The notes below the pieces were generated by a model that did not search any database, was not told the origin of the DNA, and was given only the letters and a program-made list of their open reading frames with translations. From assembly GCA_051746405.1 (NCBI GenBank), contig JBNJFB010000022.1, forward strand, positions 1 through 33,606: 33,606 nucleotides of DNA, in the 5' to 3' direction. This document shows, in pieces, positions 8,401-18,337 of this stretch (position 1 is the first letter of the stretch; each line of letters starts with the position of its first letter). This stretch comes from Campylobacterota bacterium (lineage in GTDB: Bacteria; Campylobacterota; Campylobacteria; Campylobacterales; Arcobacteraceae). Position numbers and translations under genes: made by a program.

Positions 8401-10278
8401 CTATTTTATATAATTTGACTTCTTATCTTCATTGTCTAATTCTTGACCGATTTCTTGATATCTTTTATAGTAGTGTTTTACAAAGGATTTGATATTTTCA
8501 TCAACTGGCATGAAGCCATTTTTCTCTTTTTTAGCATAGATATTTAAAAACTCTGTTGCATCTTTTTTATCTAGATAGTGCTTTGCTAAGTTGACATAAG
8601 TTTGAATATACCATTTTTTAAGTTCTTGATACTTTTCATCACTCATATCAACTGTTAAGTTTTGTTTATCCCAATGTAAAATCTTACACTCAAATAAGGC
8701 ATTTAAATGAATTAAACCCTCACAATAGTATGGTTGAACTTCATCAACTTCCATCCAAGCTATAAGTCCTACAGCTCTTTTTATTGTATCAATTAGCACT
8801 TGTCTTTCAAGCTTTTTTTCATCATCATTTTTATCTAAGAAAAATGATACTAAACCACCTGTTGTAGCTTTGAACTCTTCTATATTTTTGAAGTTTCCTG
8901 TTTTATTCATAGCTGTTTCAGTCTCATCATCACACCATAAGATATGTCCAAACTCATGGCCAATAGTAGTAATATCATAAACTTGATGCCACTTAGTGGT
9001 TTCATTGAATAAAAAAGTTCTATCCTCTGTAAGCAACTCTTGCCCAAAAGTCTCTTTTGAGATTTTTAGAAATGGCCTTGCTTTGCTAGTTTGTAGTATC
9101 TCATCACTAAAAGCAAATATCTTTTTACCTTCTTCTTTTGATACTATTTCATCATTTGGTACAACTTGTGCGGAAAATAGTCCATTAAACTCAGCACCAA
9201 AAAACATAGCAGGTCTTCCAACATAAAGTTGAACTTTATCAAGTGATTTTAGTGAAAAGTCATAGATTTTTTTGTACTCATTTGTTTGTTCAAAGTTTTC
9301 AAATATTTTTGCAAAAGCTGCTTTTATTTTTGTAACTCTATAATCATCTTGTGCAAACTGTGGATTAGTAAGTCTTATATCCCACTCTAGGGCAACTGCT
9401 TTTCTAAAGTGGTCTTCATAGTATTCTAAAGGGTGTCCTATTTGAATAGGAGCTTTAATCTTCATCCATGCCCTATCTACATCTGCCCACTTTTCAACTA
9501 ATTTATACTCTTTATCTTCGCCAAATGCTTTTATTAGAGTCTGTATATACAATATATAGTTCCACTTTTGATTATATATATCATCTTCAAGCTCGATTAA
9601 TCTCTCTTCAAACTCTTCAAGCTCATTTATTACAGCTGTTGTTTGTTTTTTAAATACTTTTATATAAGCTTTTGATTTGTATTCATCTTTTTCATTTACA
9701 AGTGCAGAGTAACATCTATCAGCTACTTGGTTATTGTGTCCTAAATCATATAGACTATTATTTTGTAAATATTCATAAACCTTTGATTCATCTCCATTAA
9801 ACTTAGCTACTAACTCTTTATTTATTCCATTTATAATGTGAGCTGTCCAATCTTTTTGCCATAGAGACATTTTAAGACCTACATTATATACACCTTCAAA
9901 AATTGCTTGATAAAATGGTGTTAATAGGTTGTTATGTTTTATATAATCAACTGTTTTTTTATGTTTGTCTTCCCAATATTTTTTTACAAACTCGTAAGCT
10001 TTTTCTTGAAGTCTTATTATCTCTTCTTCATTTTTCTTATCTTTTTTTAAAACTTGAGTTAGGGAGTCATCTCTTAGGTTTACTAATCTTGTAACAAGTG
10101 CAAACCTTAAGTCCTCTTTCATCTCTAAGTCTAAATAGTGTGCAAACTCATCTATAATAGTTAGTTTCTCATACTCTTTATTTTCTAAATGTGATATAAG
10201 GTTATTAATATTTGATTTTTGTGCACCTAAATATTCATATACTTCATTTAAATCATCTAAAAATTGTTTTTGGGTCAT
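8401..10278 (-). CDS. ciaB: Campylobacter invasion antigen B homologue (HEXXH metalloprotein)
   Basis: QIGHPLEYYED, ALEWDIR, GAEFNGLFSAQVVPNDE, TIGHEFGH and NIEEFKAT match the CiaB family. Start placed at ATG 10278 behind AAGGA. Confidence 0.88.
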   Translation of the reverse strand: MTQKQFLDDLNEVYEYLGAQKSNINNLISHLENKEYEKLTIIDEFAHYLDLEMKEDLRFALVTRLVNLRDDSLTQVLKKDKKNEEEIIRLQEKAYEFVKKYWEDKHKKTVDYIKHNNLLTPFYQAIFEGVYNVGLKMSLWQKDWTAHIINGINKELVAKFNGDESKVYEYLQNNSLYDLGHNNQVADRCYSALVNEKDEYKSKAYIKVFKKQTTAVINELEEFEERLIELEDDIYNQKWNYILYIQTLIKAFGEDKEYKLVEKWADVDRAWMKIKAPIQIGHPLEYYEDHFRKAVALEWDIRLTNPQFAQDDYRVTKIKAAFAKIFENFEQTNEYKKIYDFSLKSLDKVQLYVGRPAMFFGAEFNGLFSAQVVPNDEIVSKEEGKKIFAFSDEILQTSKARPFLKISKETFGQELLTEDRTFLFNETTKWHQVYDITTIGHEFGHILWCDDETETAMNKTGNFKNIEEFKATTGGLVSFFLDKNDDEKKLERQVLIDTIKRAVGLIAWMEVDEVQPYYCEGLIHLNALFECKILHWDKQNLTVDMSDEKYQELKKWYIQTYVNLAKHYLDKKDATEFLNIYAKKEKNGFMPVDENIKSFVKHYYKRYQEIGQELDNEDKKSNYIK

Positions 10279-10363
10279 ATAAAATTCCTTCAAATTTTTA
10301 AAGATTATTCTAACACAATATAGTGTTAATTGGGATTAAATATTTTAAAAATTCAAACTAAAA

Positions 10364-10390
10364 TTAGCACTCAATATAAAAAAGTGCTAA
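10364..10390. promoter_or_regulatory. CIRCE element (HrcA operator)
   Basis: TTAGCACTC-N9-AAGTGCTAA, one mismatch from TTAGCACTC-N9-GAGTGCTAA, upstream of htpG. Confidence 0.85.
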
Positions 10391-10398
10391 AAAAGTTT

Positions 10399-10427
10399 AA
10401 AACTTTAGCTATCTTTTATAAAGTTTT
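10399..10427. promoter_or_regulatory. HAIR-like inverted repeat (putative HspR operator)
   Basis: AAAACTTTA-N11-TAAAGTTTT; the CTT...AAG span (10403-10423) is 21 bp, as in HAIR CTTGAGT-N7-ACTCAAG. Confidence 0.5.
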
Positions 10428-10435
10428 GTTAAAAT
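10427..10435 (+). promoter_or_regulatory. Extended -10 promoter of htpG
   Basis: TGTTAAAAT (TGnTAnnAT), 36 nt before the GTG start. Confidence 0.6.
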
Positions 10436-10471
10436 AACCGAAGAAAAATAAAATTTTATAGGAGAAATGAC

Positions 10472-12382
10472 GTGGCAAAACATCAATTTCAAACAGAAGT
10501 AGGTCAATTATTACATTTAATGACGCACTCTTTATACTCAAATAAAGAGATTTTTATAAGAGAGCTTATATCTAATGCAAGTGATGCAATAGATAAGTTA
10601 AACTATCTAAAACTTACAGATGATAATTTAAAGCAAGAGTTGGAAAACTGGTCAGGAGAAGTTAATATATCATTTGATGAAGATGATAAATCAATTAGTA
10701 TTATTGATAATGGTGTTGGTATGAATGAAGAGGAGTTAATCTCTTCAATTGGTACAATAGCAAAATCAGGTACAAAATCATTTGTTGAAGCTATGACAGG
10801 TGATGCTAAAAAAGACTCAAACTTAATTGGTCAGTTTGGTGTTGGTTTTTATTCAGTGTTTATGGTAGCTTCACATGTTGATGTTATCTCTAAAAAAGCA
10901 GGTGAGAAGCAAGCATATAAATGGTCATCAAATGGTACAGGTGAGTATGAGATTACTCCTGTTACAAAAGAATCAGCTGGAACTGTTATTTATATCAAAC
11001 TTAAAGATGAAGAGGCTCAAGAGTTTGCTTCAAAAGCAAGAATTGAAAATATAGTTGGAAAATACTCAAATCATATTCCATATCCAATTTACTTAAACTA
11101 TCAAGAAGAAGTAGAAGAGCAGTTAAGTGAAGAGGAGAAAAAAGAGGGTAAAGAGCCTAAAAAAACAGTTGAAAAAAGACATGAAAAAATTAATGCAGCA
11201 ACAGCATTATGGACTCAACCAAAATCAAGCTTGAAGCAAGAAGATTATAATGAGTTCTATAAATCAATCTCCCATGATTCTCAAGACCCAATGGCTACTA
11301 TTCATACAAAAGCTGAGGGTGTAAATGAGTATACAACACTATTTTATATTCCAAAAACAGCACCTATGGATATGTACAGAACTGATTATCAACCAGGTGT
11401 TAAACTATATGTTAAAAGAGTATTTATTACAGATGATGAAAAAGAGTTATTACCAACTTACTTAAGATTTGTTAGAGGTATTATTGATAGCCAAGATTTA
11501 CCACTAAATGTAAGTAGAGAGATTTTACAAGAGAATAGAATCCTAGCAAATATTAAACAATCATCTGTTAAGAAGATTTTAAATGAAATTAAAAAATTAG
11601 CAAAAGATGAAGAGAAATATAAAGAGTTTATTGAGCAATACAATAGACCATTAAAAGAGGGTGCTTACCAAGACTTTACTAATAAAGAGACTATTTTAGA
11701 TTTGATTAGATTTAAATCAACAAAAACTAATATAAGTGAGATGACATCACTTGCAAAATATAAAGATAATGCAGATACAGAACAAAAAGCTATTTACTAT
11801 ATCGTAGGTGAAAATGAAAATGTTCTTAGAAACTCACCACTACTTGAAGCATATAAGAAAAATGATATTGAAGTATTAATCTTAGATGATAAAGAAATAG
11901 ATGAGATAATAACTCCAATGTATGGTACATACAAAGAGTGGGAGTTTAAAGATATCACTTCTTGTGAAGCCCCAAAAGTAGAACAAAGTGAAGAAGAGAA
12001 AAAAGAAGTAGAAGAGAAGTTTGAAGATATTACTAAAAAAATCAAAGATATCTTAGGTGAGAGTGTAACTGATGTAAGAGTTACAAATAGATTATCAGAC
12101 TCTCCATCTTGTGTAGTAAAAGATGGTGGTGATGCACAAATGGCACAAATGGCTCAAATGATGAAAGCAATGGGACAAGAGATGCCTGATACTGCACCAA
12201 TATTAGAAATAAACCCAGAGCATGAAATTGTTTCTAAATTAAAAGATACAAATGATGATTCAACACTTCAAGATGTATCATGGGTACTATTAGACCAAGC
12301 AAAACTAAGTGAAGGTATGGAAATCACTGATACTGTAGCGTTTGCACAAAGATTATCAAGAATCACAGCAAAAGCTCTATAA
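10472..12382 (+). CDS. htpG: Hsp90 chaperone HtpG
   Basis: HSLYSNKEIFIRELISNASDA, IGQFGVGFYS, LPLNVSREILQ; AGGAG RBS with GTG start. Confidence 0.98.
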   Translation: MAKHQFQTEVGQLLHLMTHSLYSNKEIFIRELISNASDAIDKLNYLKLTDDNLKQELENWSGEVNISFDEDDKSISIIDNGVGMNEEELISSIGTIAKSGTKSFVEAMTGDAKKDSNLIGQFGVGFYSVFMVASHVDVISKKAGEKQAYKWSSNGTGEYEITPVTKESAGTVIYIKLKDEEAQEFASKARIENIVGKYSNHIPYPIYLNYQEEVEEQLSEEEKKEGKEPKKTVEKRHEKINAATALWTQPKSSLKQEDYNEFYKSISHDSQDPMATIHTKAEGVNEYTTLFYIPKTAPMDMYRTDYQPGVKLYVKRVFITDDEKELLPTYLRFVRGIIDSQDLPLNVSREILQENRILANIKQSSVKKILNEIKKLAKDEEKYKEFIEQYNRPLKEGAYQDFTNKETILDLIRFKSTKTNISEMTSLAKYKDNADTEQKAIYYIVGENENVLRNSPLLEAYKKNDIEVLILDDKEIDEIITPMYGTYKEWEFKDITSCEAPKVEQSEEEKKEVEEKFEDITKKIKDILGESVTDVRVTNRLSDSPSCVVKDGGDAQMAQMAQMMKAMGQEMPDTAPILEINPEHEIVSKLKDTNDDSTLQDVSWVLLDQAKLSEGMEITDTVAFAQRLSRITAKAL

Positions 12383-12391
12383 AAATAGAAC

Positions 12392-12433
12392 AACTATTTG
12401 CACGCACTTTTTTGCGTTGCAAATAGTTTTTTT
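12392..12433 (+). terminator. Intrinsic terminator of htpG
   Basis: AACTATTTGCACGCA / TGCGTTGCAAATAGTT stem followed by a T run. Confidence 0.8.
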
Positions 12434-12525
12434 CTTAATTTATTAACTTTTTTATTAATATTATTAATATCTATTCAAGTAATCTTTAGTAAAATAAAAA
12501 AAATATTTTATTAAAGGTTAGAAAA

Positions 12526-13479
12526 TTGAGTCATACAACTTTTGAAGAATTATATAATCAATTTGCAAGTAAATTAAAGAGTAAGAAGTATGATGAAGCC
12601 TTGAGTTTTGTGGATGATTTATTGTATGTGGCTAATAATAACGAACGAGAGGTTTTCTATACTCTTATGGGTAAAGCTACTGCTTTAACAAATAAAAATA
12701 AAACCAAAGAGGTTATTGCTTGTTATGATGAAATTATTAACAGATTTGAAAACTCTAATCATAAAGAGGTAATGAAATTTTTATCTTATGCCTATTATAA
12801 CAAAGCTTTGATATATGCTAAACTAAAAGAGTATTCATCTGAATTAAAGGTATATGAAACCTTAATAGAGAGGTTCATGGAGGATACTTCAAGTGAAATG
12901 GAAGTGGTTTTAGCTAAGTCATATGTAAATAAAGCTATTTGTACAAGTGAGCTAAAAAGCTTAGAAGATGCTATAAAAGTATATAAAGAGTTTATACTAA
13001 ACTTTAAAAACAGTGTAGAAAATAGTGTCTTGCAGCAAGTTGTTTTAGGTGCATATAACTGTGCACTTTTAGAAACAAAAAAGGGTAGAAATGAAGATGC
13101 TATAAAAACCTACTCTTATATAATTGAGAGTTTTAAGCATAGTATTGATGACTATATACTGGAGTTTGTAGCAAAATCTATGATAAATAAAGCAAGTAGA
13201 TTAAAAGATATAAATAACTCAAGTGAAGCTATAAAAACTTATGATGAGTTAGTTAAAAGATTTGAAAACTCCAAGGGTGATTTGCAAAAAGAGGTTGCTT
13301 TTGCATTGCATAATAAATCAATTATTTTAAGTGAACTTCAAAAGGAAAAAGAGCTTATGAGTGTTTGTGATAAGATAATTGAGAAGTTTGCAAGCAATAA
13401 AGATGAAACTATTATAGATATAGTTTTAAACGCAGAGGTTACTAAAGACAAAGAGAAGTTTAACACAGCCTCATTTTAG
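12526..13479 (+). CDS. Tetratricopeptide-repeat protein
   Basis: About six long TPR-like repeats 'A..NKA.......AI..YDE.I.RF'; no signal peptide; TTG start. Confidence 0.8.
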   Translation: MSHTTFEELYNQFASKLKSKKYDEALSFVDDLLYVANNNEREVFYTLMGKATALTNKNKTKEVIACYDEIINRFENSNHKEVMKFLSYAYYNKALIYAKLKEYSSELKVYETLIERFMEDTSSEMEVVLAKSYVNKAICTSELKSLEDAIKVYKEFILNFKNSVENSVLQQVVLGAYNCALLETKKGRNEDAIKTYSYIIESFKHSIDDYILEFVAKSMINKASRLKDINNSSEAIKTYDELVKRFENSKGDLQKEVAFALHNKSIILSELQKEKELMSVCDKIIEKFASNKDETIIDIVLNAEVTKDKEKFNTASF

Positions 13480-13496
13480 TAACCTTTTGGTTGCCT

Positions 13497-13964
13497 TTAG
13501 TTTGAGTTTTCTAACTGTTTAAGTGAGCTTAATATCGCATCTGATAAATCATCTGTTATTATTGATGACCATTTCTGTATTTGATTTTTTCTATTTTTTT
13601 CATATATTTCAATCATAGCTGAATTAAAAAACTTATTGTCATTTATGTCATTTACAGTTGTTTCTATCTCTATTGTCTCACTTTTTACAGACTCAAGATG
13701 TGAGTTTGCGAAGTGTTGTAGTGCATCCATGGCACTTTGTTTTCTTAGTTCATCTTCAAATATCTCATCAAAATTATCTAGTGTTGATATATCTTTTAAT
13801 AATTCATAAATTGACCCAAGTGCGTATTGCAGTTCAATATTCTCATCATCTACTTTTTTATTTGTATTTGAACATAATCTACCAAGTGAAATCTGATAAT
13901 ACAACTCATACTTTGCTATATTTTTTGTAATAGTCTCTTTTTGAAAGTGTTTTTCTATATTCAT
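13497..13964 (-). CDS. Hypothetical protein
   Basis: 155-aa ORF with GGA RBS, acidic helical composition, fills the gap between genes. Confidence 0.75.
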   Translation of the reverse strand: MNIEKHFQKETITKNIAKYELYYQISLGRLCSNTNKKVDDENIELQYALGSIYELLKDISTLDNFDEIFEDELRKQSAMDALQHFANSHLESVKSETIEIETTVNDINDNKFFNSAMIEIYEKNRKNQIQKWSSIITDDLSDAILSSLKQLENSN

Positions 13965-14149
13965 ATTTATCCATTAAAATTTTAATATTGTAATGTTATT
14001 GTAACAAAACAAACATAATATTAGAAAAAAGTTTATGTAGTTTAATAAACTTTATTTTATAATAAAAGAAACTTAGAATGGGTGATATGAATATACTATT
14101 ACTAAGTGACAGTATCAATAGATTAAGAGTTAAAAAATAAGGTTATATA

Positions 14150-14725
14150 ATGGGTGCATTTACTAGGTTAATTAAAGGTTTCTTTAAAAAATTTATTAAG
14201 CTATCAAGGCCACTTTTTAGTTTTGATGAAAATGAACTTAGATTTAAAGTAGATTTAGAAACGGTTTTTGCATACCCCTTAGATAATTTTGAAACCAATA
14301 CAAGGCATGACTCTTATATATTAGAAGCTTATACAATAGTAAATAAACATCTATTAGTAGAGTATGTAAATATTGATAGTGATGTCACATGGAATGGTTT
14401 ACCAAGCTCTTTATATATAACTTTACTAAAAAATAAAGAGAATATAAAATATATGAGTATTTTAGAAAAGCATGAGTTTGATGGTTTTGATTTTATTGTA
14501 TATGAAGTTGATAAAAAATATATATTAAATTTTATTTATATTTATGAAATAAATAAAGATGTATTTATAGTAGATACATCAGGTGACTTATTTGCAAGGT
14601 TATTAGAGCAGTTTGATTTCTCTTATGAATACAAATATGACAAAGCACAAATGGTTACTTTAAAAGGAAACTTTAGCATTGTTAGAGAAAATGCTATTTA
14701 TTCATACTTTACATTAAGTGATTAA
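14150..14725 (+). CDS. Hypothetical protein
   Basis: 191-aa ORF with AAGG RBS; first gene of the same-strand run containing pxpABC. Confidence 0.75.
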   Translation: MGAFTRLIKGFFKKFIKLSRPLFSFDENELRFKVDLETVFAYPLDNFETNTRHDSYILEAYTIVNKHLLVEYVNIDSDVTWNGLPSSLYITLLKNKENIKYMSILEKHEFDGFDFIVYEVDKKYILNFIYIYEINKDVFIVDTSGDLFARLLEQFDFSYEYKYDKAQMVTLKGNFSIVRENAIYSYFTLSD

Positions 14726-14748
14726 AGAATTTTATACAAGGTTAATAT

Positions 14749-15483
14749 ATGGCTATAAAGTTAAACTGTGATATGGGCGAGAGTTTTGGTGTTTGGAAAA
14801 TGGGATTTGATGAGGAGTTAATGCCATATATTGATATGGCAAACTTAGCATGTGGATTTCATGCTAGTGATGCTGTAACTATGAATAAGTCAGTTAAACT
14901 AGCAAAGGAAAATAGTGTATCAATAGGAGCACATCCTGCTTATCAAGATTTAGTTGGATTTGGTAGAAGAACAATGCAGTGTTCATTAGAAGAGATAAAG
15001 TCAATTGTACTATACCAATTAGGAGCACTACATGCTTTTTGTAAAGCGAATAAAACTGCAATCTCTTATGTAAAACCCCATGGTGCTTTATACAATGATA
15101 TGATGAGAGATGAAAATATTTATAAAGCAATAGTTAGTGCAATAGCATCTTTCGATAAAAATATAAAGATTATGATTCTATCTGGTCCAAAAAATGAAGC
15201 CTATAAATATACAGCACTTCTATATGGAATAAATGTAATATATGAAGTTTTTGCTGATAGAAACTATAACGATGATGGTACACTTGTATCACGTACAAGA
15301 AAAGGTTCAATAATATATGATGAGTTAGATATAGCTGAAAGAATAGGAAGCTTGAAGTATAATGGTTTTTTATATAGTATTACAGGAAAAAAACTTTTTA
15401 TGTCAGTTGATACAATCTGTGTTCATGGAGATAATGAAAAGGCTTTAGAGTTTATTAAGTTACTAAAAAAGGCTTTATACTAA
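14749..15483 (+). CDS. pxpA: 5-oxoprolinase subunit A (LamB/YcsF family)
   Basis: LNCDMGESFG, ANLACGFHA, GAHPAY.D..GFGRR, YVKPHGALYN, TICVHGD. Confidence 0.95.
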   Translation: MAIKLNCDMGESFGVWKMGFDEELMPYIDMANLACGFHASDAVTMNKSVKLAKENSVSIGAHPAYQDLVGFGRRTMQCSLEEIKSIVLYQLGALHAFCKANKTAISYVKPHGALYNDMMRDENIYKAIVSAIASFDKNIKIMILSGPKNEAYKYTALLYGINVIYEVFADRNYNDDGTLVSRTRKGSIIYDELDIAERIGSLKYNGFLYSITGKKLFMSVDTICVHGDNEKALEFIKLLKKALY

Positions 15484-15484
15484 T

Positions 15485-16159
15485 ATGCACATAAAAGTTG
15501 CATCAGTTGACTCAATAATAGTATATTTTTCAGACACAATTTCAAAAGCTAGTGCAAAAAAAGTAAAAGAAGCTTATACGTGTATTAATAGCTTAGATGA
15601 TAAAGCAATTATTGAGATTATTCCCTCTTATACATCCATATTTATTACATATGATATTTTTAAGTATAGCTTTGATGATATGAAAACCTTGATACAAGAT
15701 TGTGTAAATACAAAAATACAAGAAAATATTCAAGATAAAATAGTAGAAGTTGACGTCTATTATGGAGTTGATGTTGGATTTGATTTAAATAATATCTCAA
15801 AAAAAACAGATTTATCTGTAAGTGATATTATACAGCTTCATTCACAAAAAACTTATGATGTTTATGCCATAGGTTTTTTACCAGGTTTTGCTTACTTAGG
15901 AAGTGTTCATAGCAAAATTGCAATGCCAAGATTAAGTACCCCAAGAAAGCTAATACCAAAAGGCTGCGTTGCTATTGCAAATACTCAAACAGCAGTATAT
16001 CCAAAGCAAAGCCCTGGAGGTTGGAATATAATAGGACGAACTGCTTTTGAGTTTTTTGATAAAAGTTTAGAGACTCTATCTTGTTTAAAAGTGGGAGATA
16101 AAGTAAAGTTTAATCCCATAACAAAAAAAGAGTTTTTAAAACAAGGTGGCAAAATATGA
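15485..16159 (+). CDS. pxpB: 5-oxoprolinase subunit B (KipI/allophanate hydrolase subunit 1 family)
   Basis: IPSYTS, GFLPGFAYLG, QTAVYP..SPGGWNIIGRT. Confidence 0.93.
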   Translation: MHIKVASVDSIIVYFSDTISKASAKKVKEAYTCINSLDDKAIIEIIPSYTSIFITYDIFKYSFDDMKTLIQDCVNTKIQENIQDKIVEVDVYYGVDVGFDLNNISKKTDLSVSDIIQLHSQKTYDVYAIGFLPGFAYLGSVHSKIAMPRLSTPRKLIPKGCVAIANTQTAVYPKQSPGGWNIIGRTAFEFFDKSLETLSCLKVGDKVKFNPITKKEFLKQGGKI

Positions 16160-17073
16160 GTTTTAAGATTTTAAATGAACCGATTTTTGCTACTATTCAA
16201 GATAGGGGTAGGTTTGGATTTACAAATATAGGGGTTACAAACTCAGGTGTTATGGATGAGTACGCATACTTAAGTGCAAACTTACTTTTAAATAACAGTT
16301 TAGATACAAACATAATAGAAATAGCTTTTTCAAATGTCATACTAAAAGCTTTAAAACCTACAAAAATAGCTATAACAGGTGCAAAATGTGATTTTTTTAT
16401 AAATGATATTAAAAAAAACATATGGCAAACATATAGTATAAAAAAAGATGACATACTAAAAATTGGAAAAATAACTAATGGGGTTAGGGTATATTTAGCT
16501 ATTAAAGATGGTTTTAATATCAAAAAAGAGTTTAAAAGCAATGCTACAACTATAAAAGAGTCTTTAGGTGGATTAGATGGAAGTAAACTAAAAAAGAATC
16601 AAATTTTGCCATATGATAGTTATACTTCACCACATAATGCAAGATTTAAAAAAGAGTTAATACCAAGATATAAAGAGAGTTTAGAGTTAAGAGTAGTGCT
16701 TTGTTATCAAGATAACTATTTCTCAAAGGAGCAAAAAAAGAGATTTTTTAACTCAACTTATGAAGTTACAAATGAGTTTAATAGAATGGGGTGTAAATTA
16801 AAAGGTGAGCCAATAAGGTGTGATATTGAAGAAATAGTATCAGAAGGTATTAGTTTTGGAGCTATTCAAATACCAAGTGATGGACAACCAATAATACTAC
16901 TAAAAGATAGACAAACAATTGGAGGATATCCAAAAATAGGAGCTGTTTTAGGAGTTGATTGTTTTAAATTGGCTCAAGCAAAACCAAATACTAAAGTTTC
17001 ATTTAAAGCTATAAGTTTACAAGAAGCACAAAAGCTAACAAAAAAGTTTTATGAAAAGTTTTATAGTATTTAA
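16156..17073 (+). CDS. pxpC: 5-oxoprolinase subunit C (KipA family)
   Basis: TIQDRGRFG, SGVMD, GAIQIP.DGQPIILL.DRQTIGGYPKI. Confidence 0.93.
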   Translation: MSFKILNEPIFATIQDRGRFGFTNIGVTNSGVMDEYAYLSANLLLNNSLDTNIIEIAFSNVILKALKPTKIAITGAKCDFFINDIKKNIWQTYSIKKDDILKIGKITNGVRVYLAIKDGFNIKKEFKSNATTIKESLGGLDGSKLKKNQILPYDSYTSPHNARFKKELIPRYKESLELRVVLCYQDNYFSKEQKKRFFNSTYEVTNEFNRMGCKLKGEPIRCDIEEIVSEGISFGAIQIPSDGQPIILLKDRQTIGGYPKIGAVLGVDCFKLAQAKPNTKVSFKAISLQEAQKLTKKFYEKFYSI

Positions 17074-17117
17074 TACTCTTTTGGATAGAATCCAAAAAAC
17101 CTAGATTAGGAAAAAAT

Positions 17118-17750
17118 ATGGAAAAAATAAATATAAAAAATATAGATATACAAATAGATATACAAAAGTTAAGTCAAAAGATAAATAGTGGTTTTTTAGC
17201 AATAGATTTGCAAGGAGACTTAATAGATAAAAAAGATGATATAAAAAATAGAGTCTTAATTTTTAAAAATGAGAATCTAAATGAGATTGATTTTGATAAA
17301 AATGATTTTAAAGATATTGTTTTAAAGGTATTTGCTCAATATAAACCACAGCTTGTAGGTATGAAAGCAATATTAAAACCCCTATCAAACTGGCAAAATA
17401 TTATTGAATTAAATAAAACAACTATGCTTTACTTTGACCATCAAAGTGATGGAGTTGAACTGTTTGAAGATGAGGTTTTAGAAGAGTATGGTTGGCATGC
17501 TAGTGCATTGGATATTTCATATAGAGAAATTACACAGCATATTGAAAATAGTTGTAGTGGAGTTTTACTTTGTTATGAAAATGATGTTCAATTTAATGGT
17601 TTTGCAGTTGTAGATGATATACAAAAAGTAAGACAAGAGGTCTCTTCGTATATTGTAAAAGTAGCAAAACAAGCAATAGAAGAGGGTAGTATTGATTTAG
17701 ATGATGAAGATGCAAGTGAAGCTTGTGAGTTTTTTAAAATAGAGGTATAA
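17118..17750 (+). CDS. Hypothetical acidic protein
   Basis: 210-aa ORF with AGGA RBS; stop directly abuts the DedA start. Confidence 0.75.
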   Translation: MEKINIKNIDIQIDIQKLSQKINSGFLAIDLQGDLIDKKDDIKNRVLIFKNENLNEIDFDKNDFKDIVLKVFAQYKPQLVGMKAILKPLSNWQNIIELNKTTMLYFDHQSDGVELFEDEVLEEYGWHASALDISYREITQHIENSCSGVLLCYENDVQFNGFAVVDDIQKVRQEVSSYIVKVAKQAIEEGSIDLDDEDASEACEFFKIEV

Positions 17751-18281
17751 ATGGAAGATTTGATTAGAGACTGGGGTTATATAGCCCTATTTGCTTACTC
17801 TTTTGGTGGAGGTTTTGTTGGTTTAGTAATCGCTGGTATTTTATCTTATGCGGGTGATTTAAATATCTACATATCTATTTTAGTAGCTGGAGTTTCTAAC
17901 TTCTTAGGGGATCAGTTTTTGTTTTTCTTAGCTAGAAAAAATAAATCTTATGCAAAAGATATGATGAAAAAGTATGGAAGAAAGATAGCAATGGCCCATT
18001 TGATGATGAGAAAATATGGCTCTTTTGTGGTTTTTTTCCAAAAGTATATTTACGGAATAAAAACTCTAATACCACTTGTAATGGGACTTACAAAATACTC
18101 AGGAGTGAAGTTCTCTATTTTTAATATTTTTGCAACTGCACTTTGGGCTGTTGTAGTGGGATATGCATCTTATGCAGCAGGTGAAGTTGTCTTAAGTGCA
18201 GCTGATGAGTTTAAATATATAGGATTAGCTGTAGTAGCTACTATATTAATAGGAGTTTCATACTATTTTAAAAAGATATAG
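17751..18281 (+). CDS. DedA/SNARE-associated family membrane protein
   Basis: WGYIALF, FLGDQ.LF, KYIYGIKT.IP, hydrophobic TM segments. Confidence 0.88.
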   Translation: MEDLIRDWGYIALFAYSFGGGFVGLVIAGILSYAGDLNIYISILVAGVSNFLGDQFLFFLARKNKSYAKDMMKKYGRKIAMAHLMMRKYGSFVVFFQKYIYGIKTLIPLVMGLTKYSGVKFSIFNIFATALWAVVVGYASYAAGEVVLSAADEFKYIGLAVVATILIGVSYYFKKI

Positions 18282-18302
18282 TACAAAAGTTACTATATCT
18301 TT
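18272..18302 (+). terminator. Stem-loop at the end of dedA (probable terminator)
   Basis: AAAGATATAGTA-N7-TACTATATCTTT perfect 12-bp stem. Confidence 0.55.
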
Positions 18303-18308
18303 AATTTA

Positions 18309-18317
18309 TGCTATAAT
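18309..18317 (+). promoter_or_regulatory. Extended -10 promoter of dbpA
   Basis: TGCTATAAT, perfect consensus. Confidence 0.75.
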
Positions 18318-18337
18318 ATAGTTAAAAAGGCATAAAA

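Noticed and set aside
12134..12160. 9-nt tandem repeat x3 (AQM) in htpG
   Set aside because: In-frame micro-duplication in the Met-rich C-terminal segment; no evidence of a special function
13479..13494. GTAACC-TTTT-GGTTGC hairpin between convergent genes
   Set aside because: Too short and weak to call a terminator confidently
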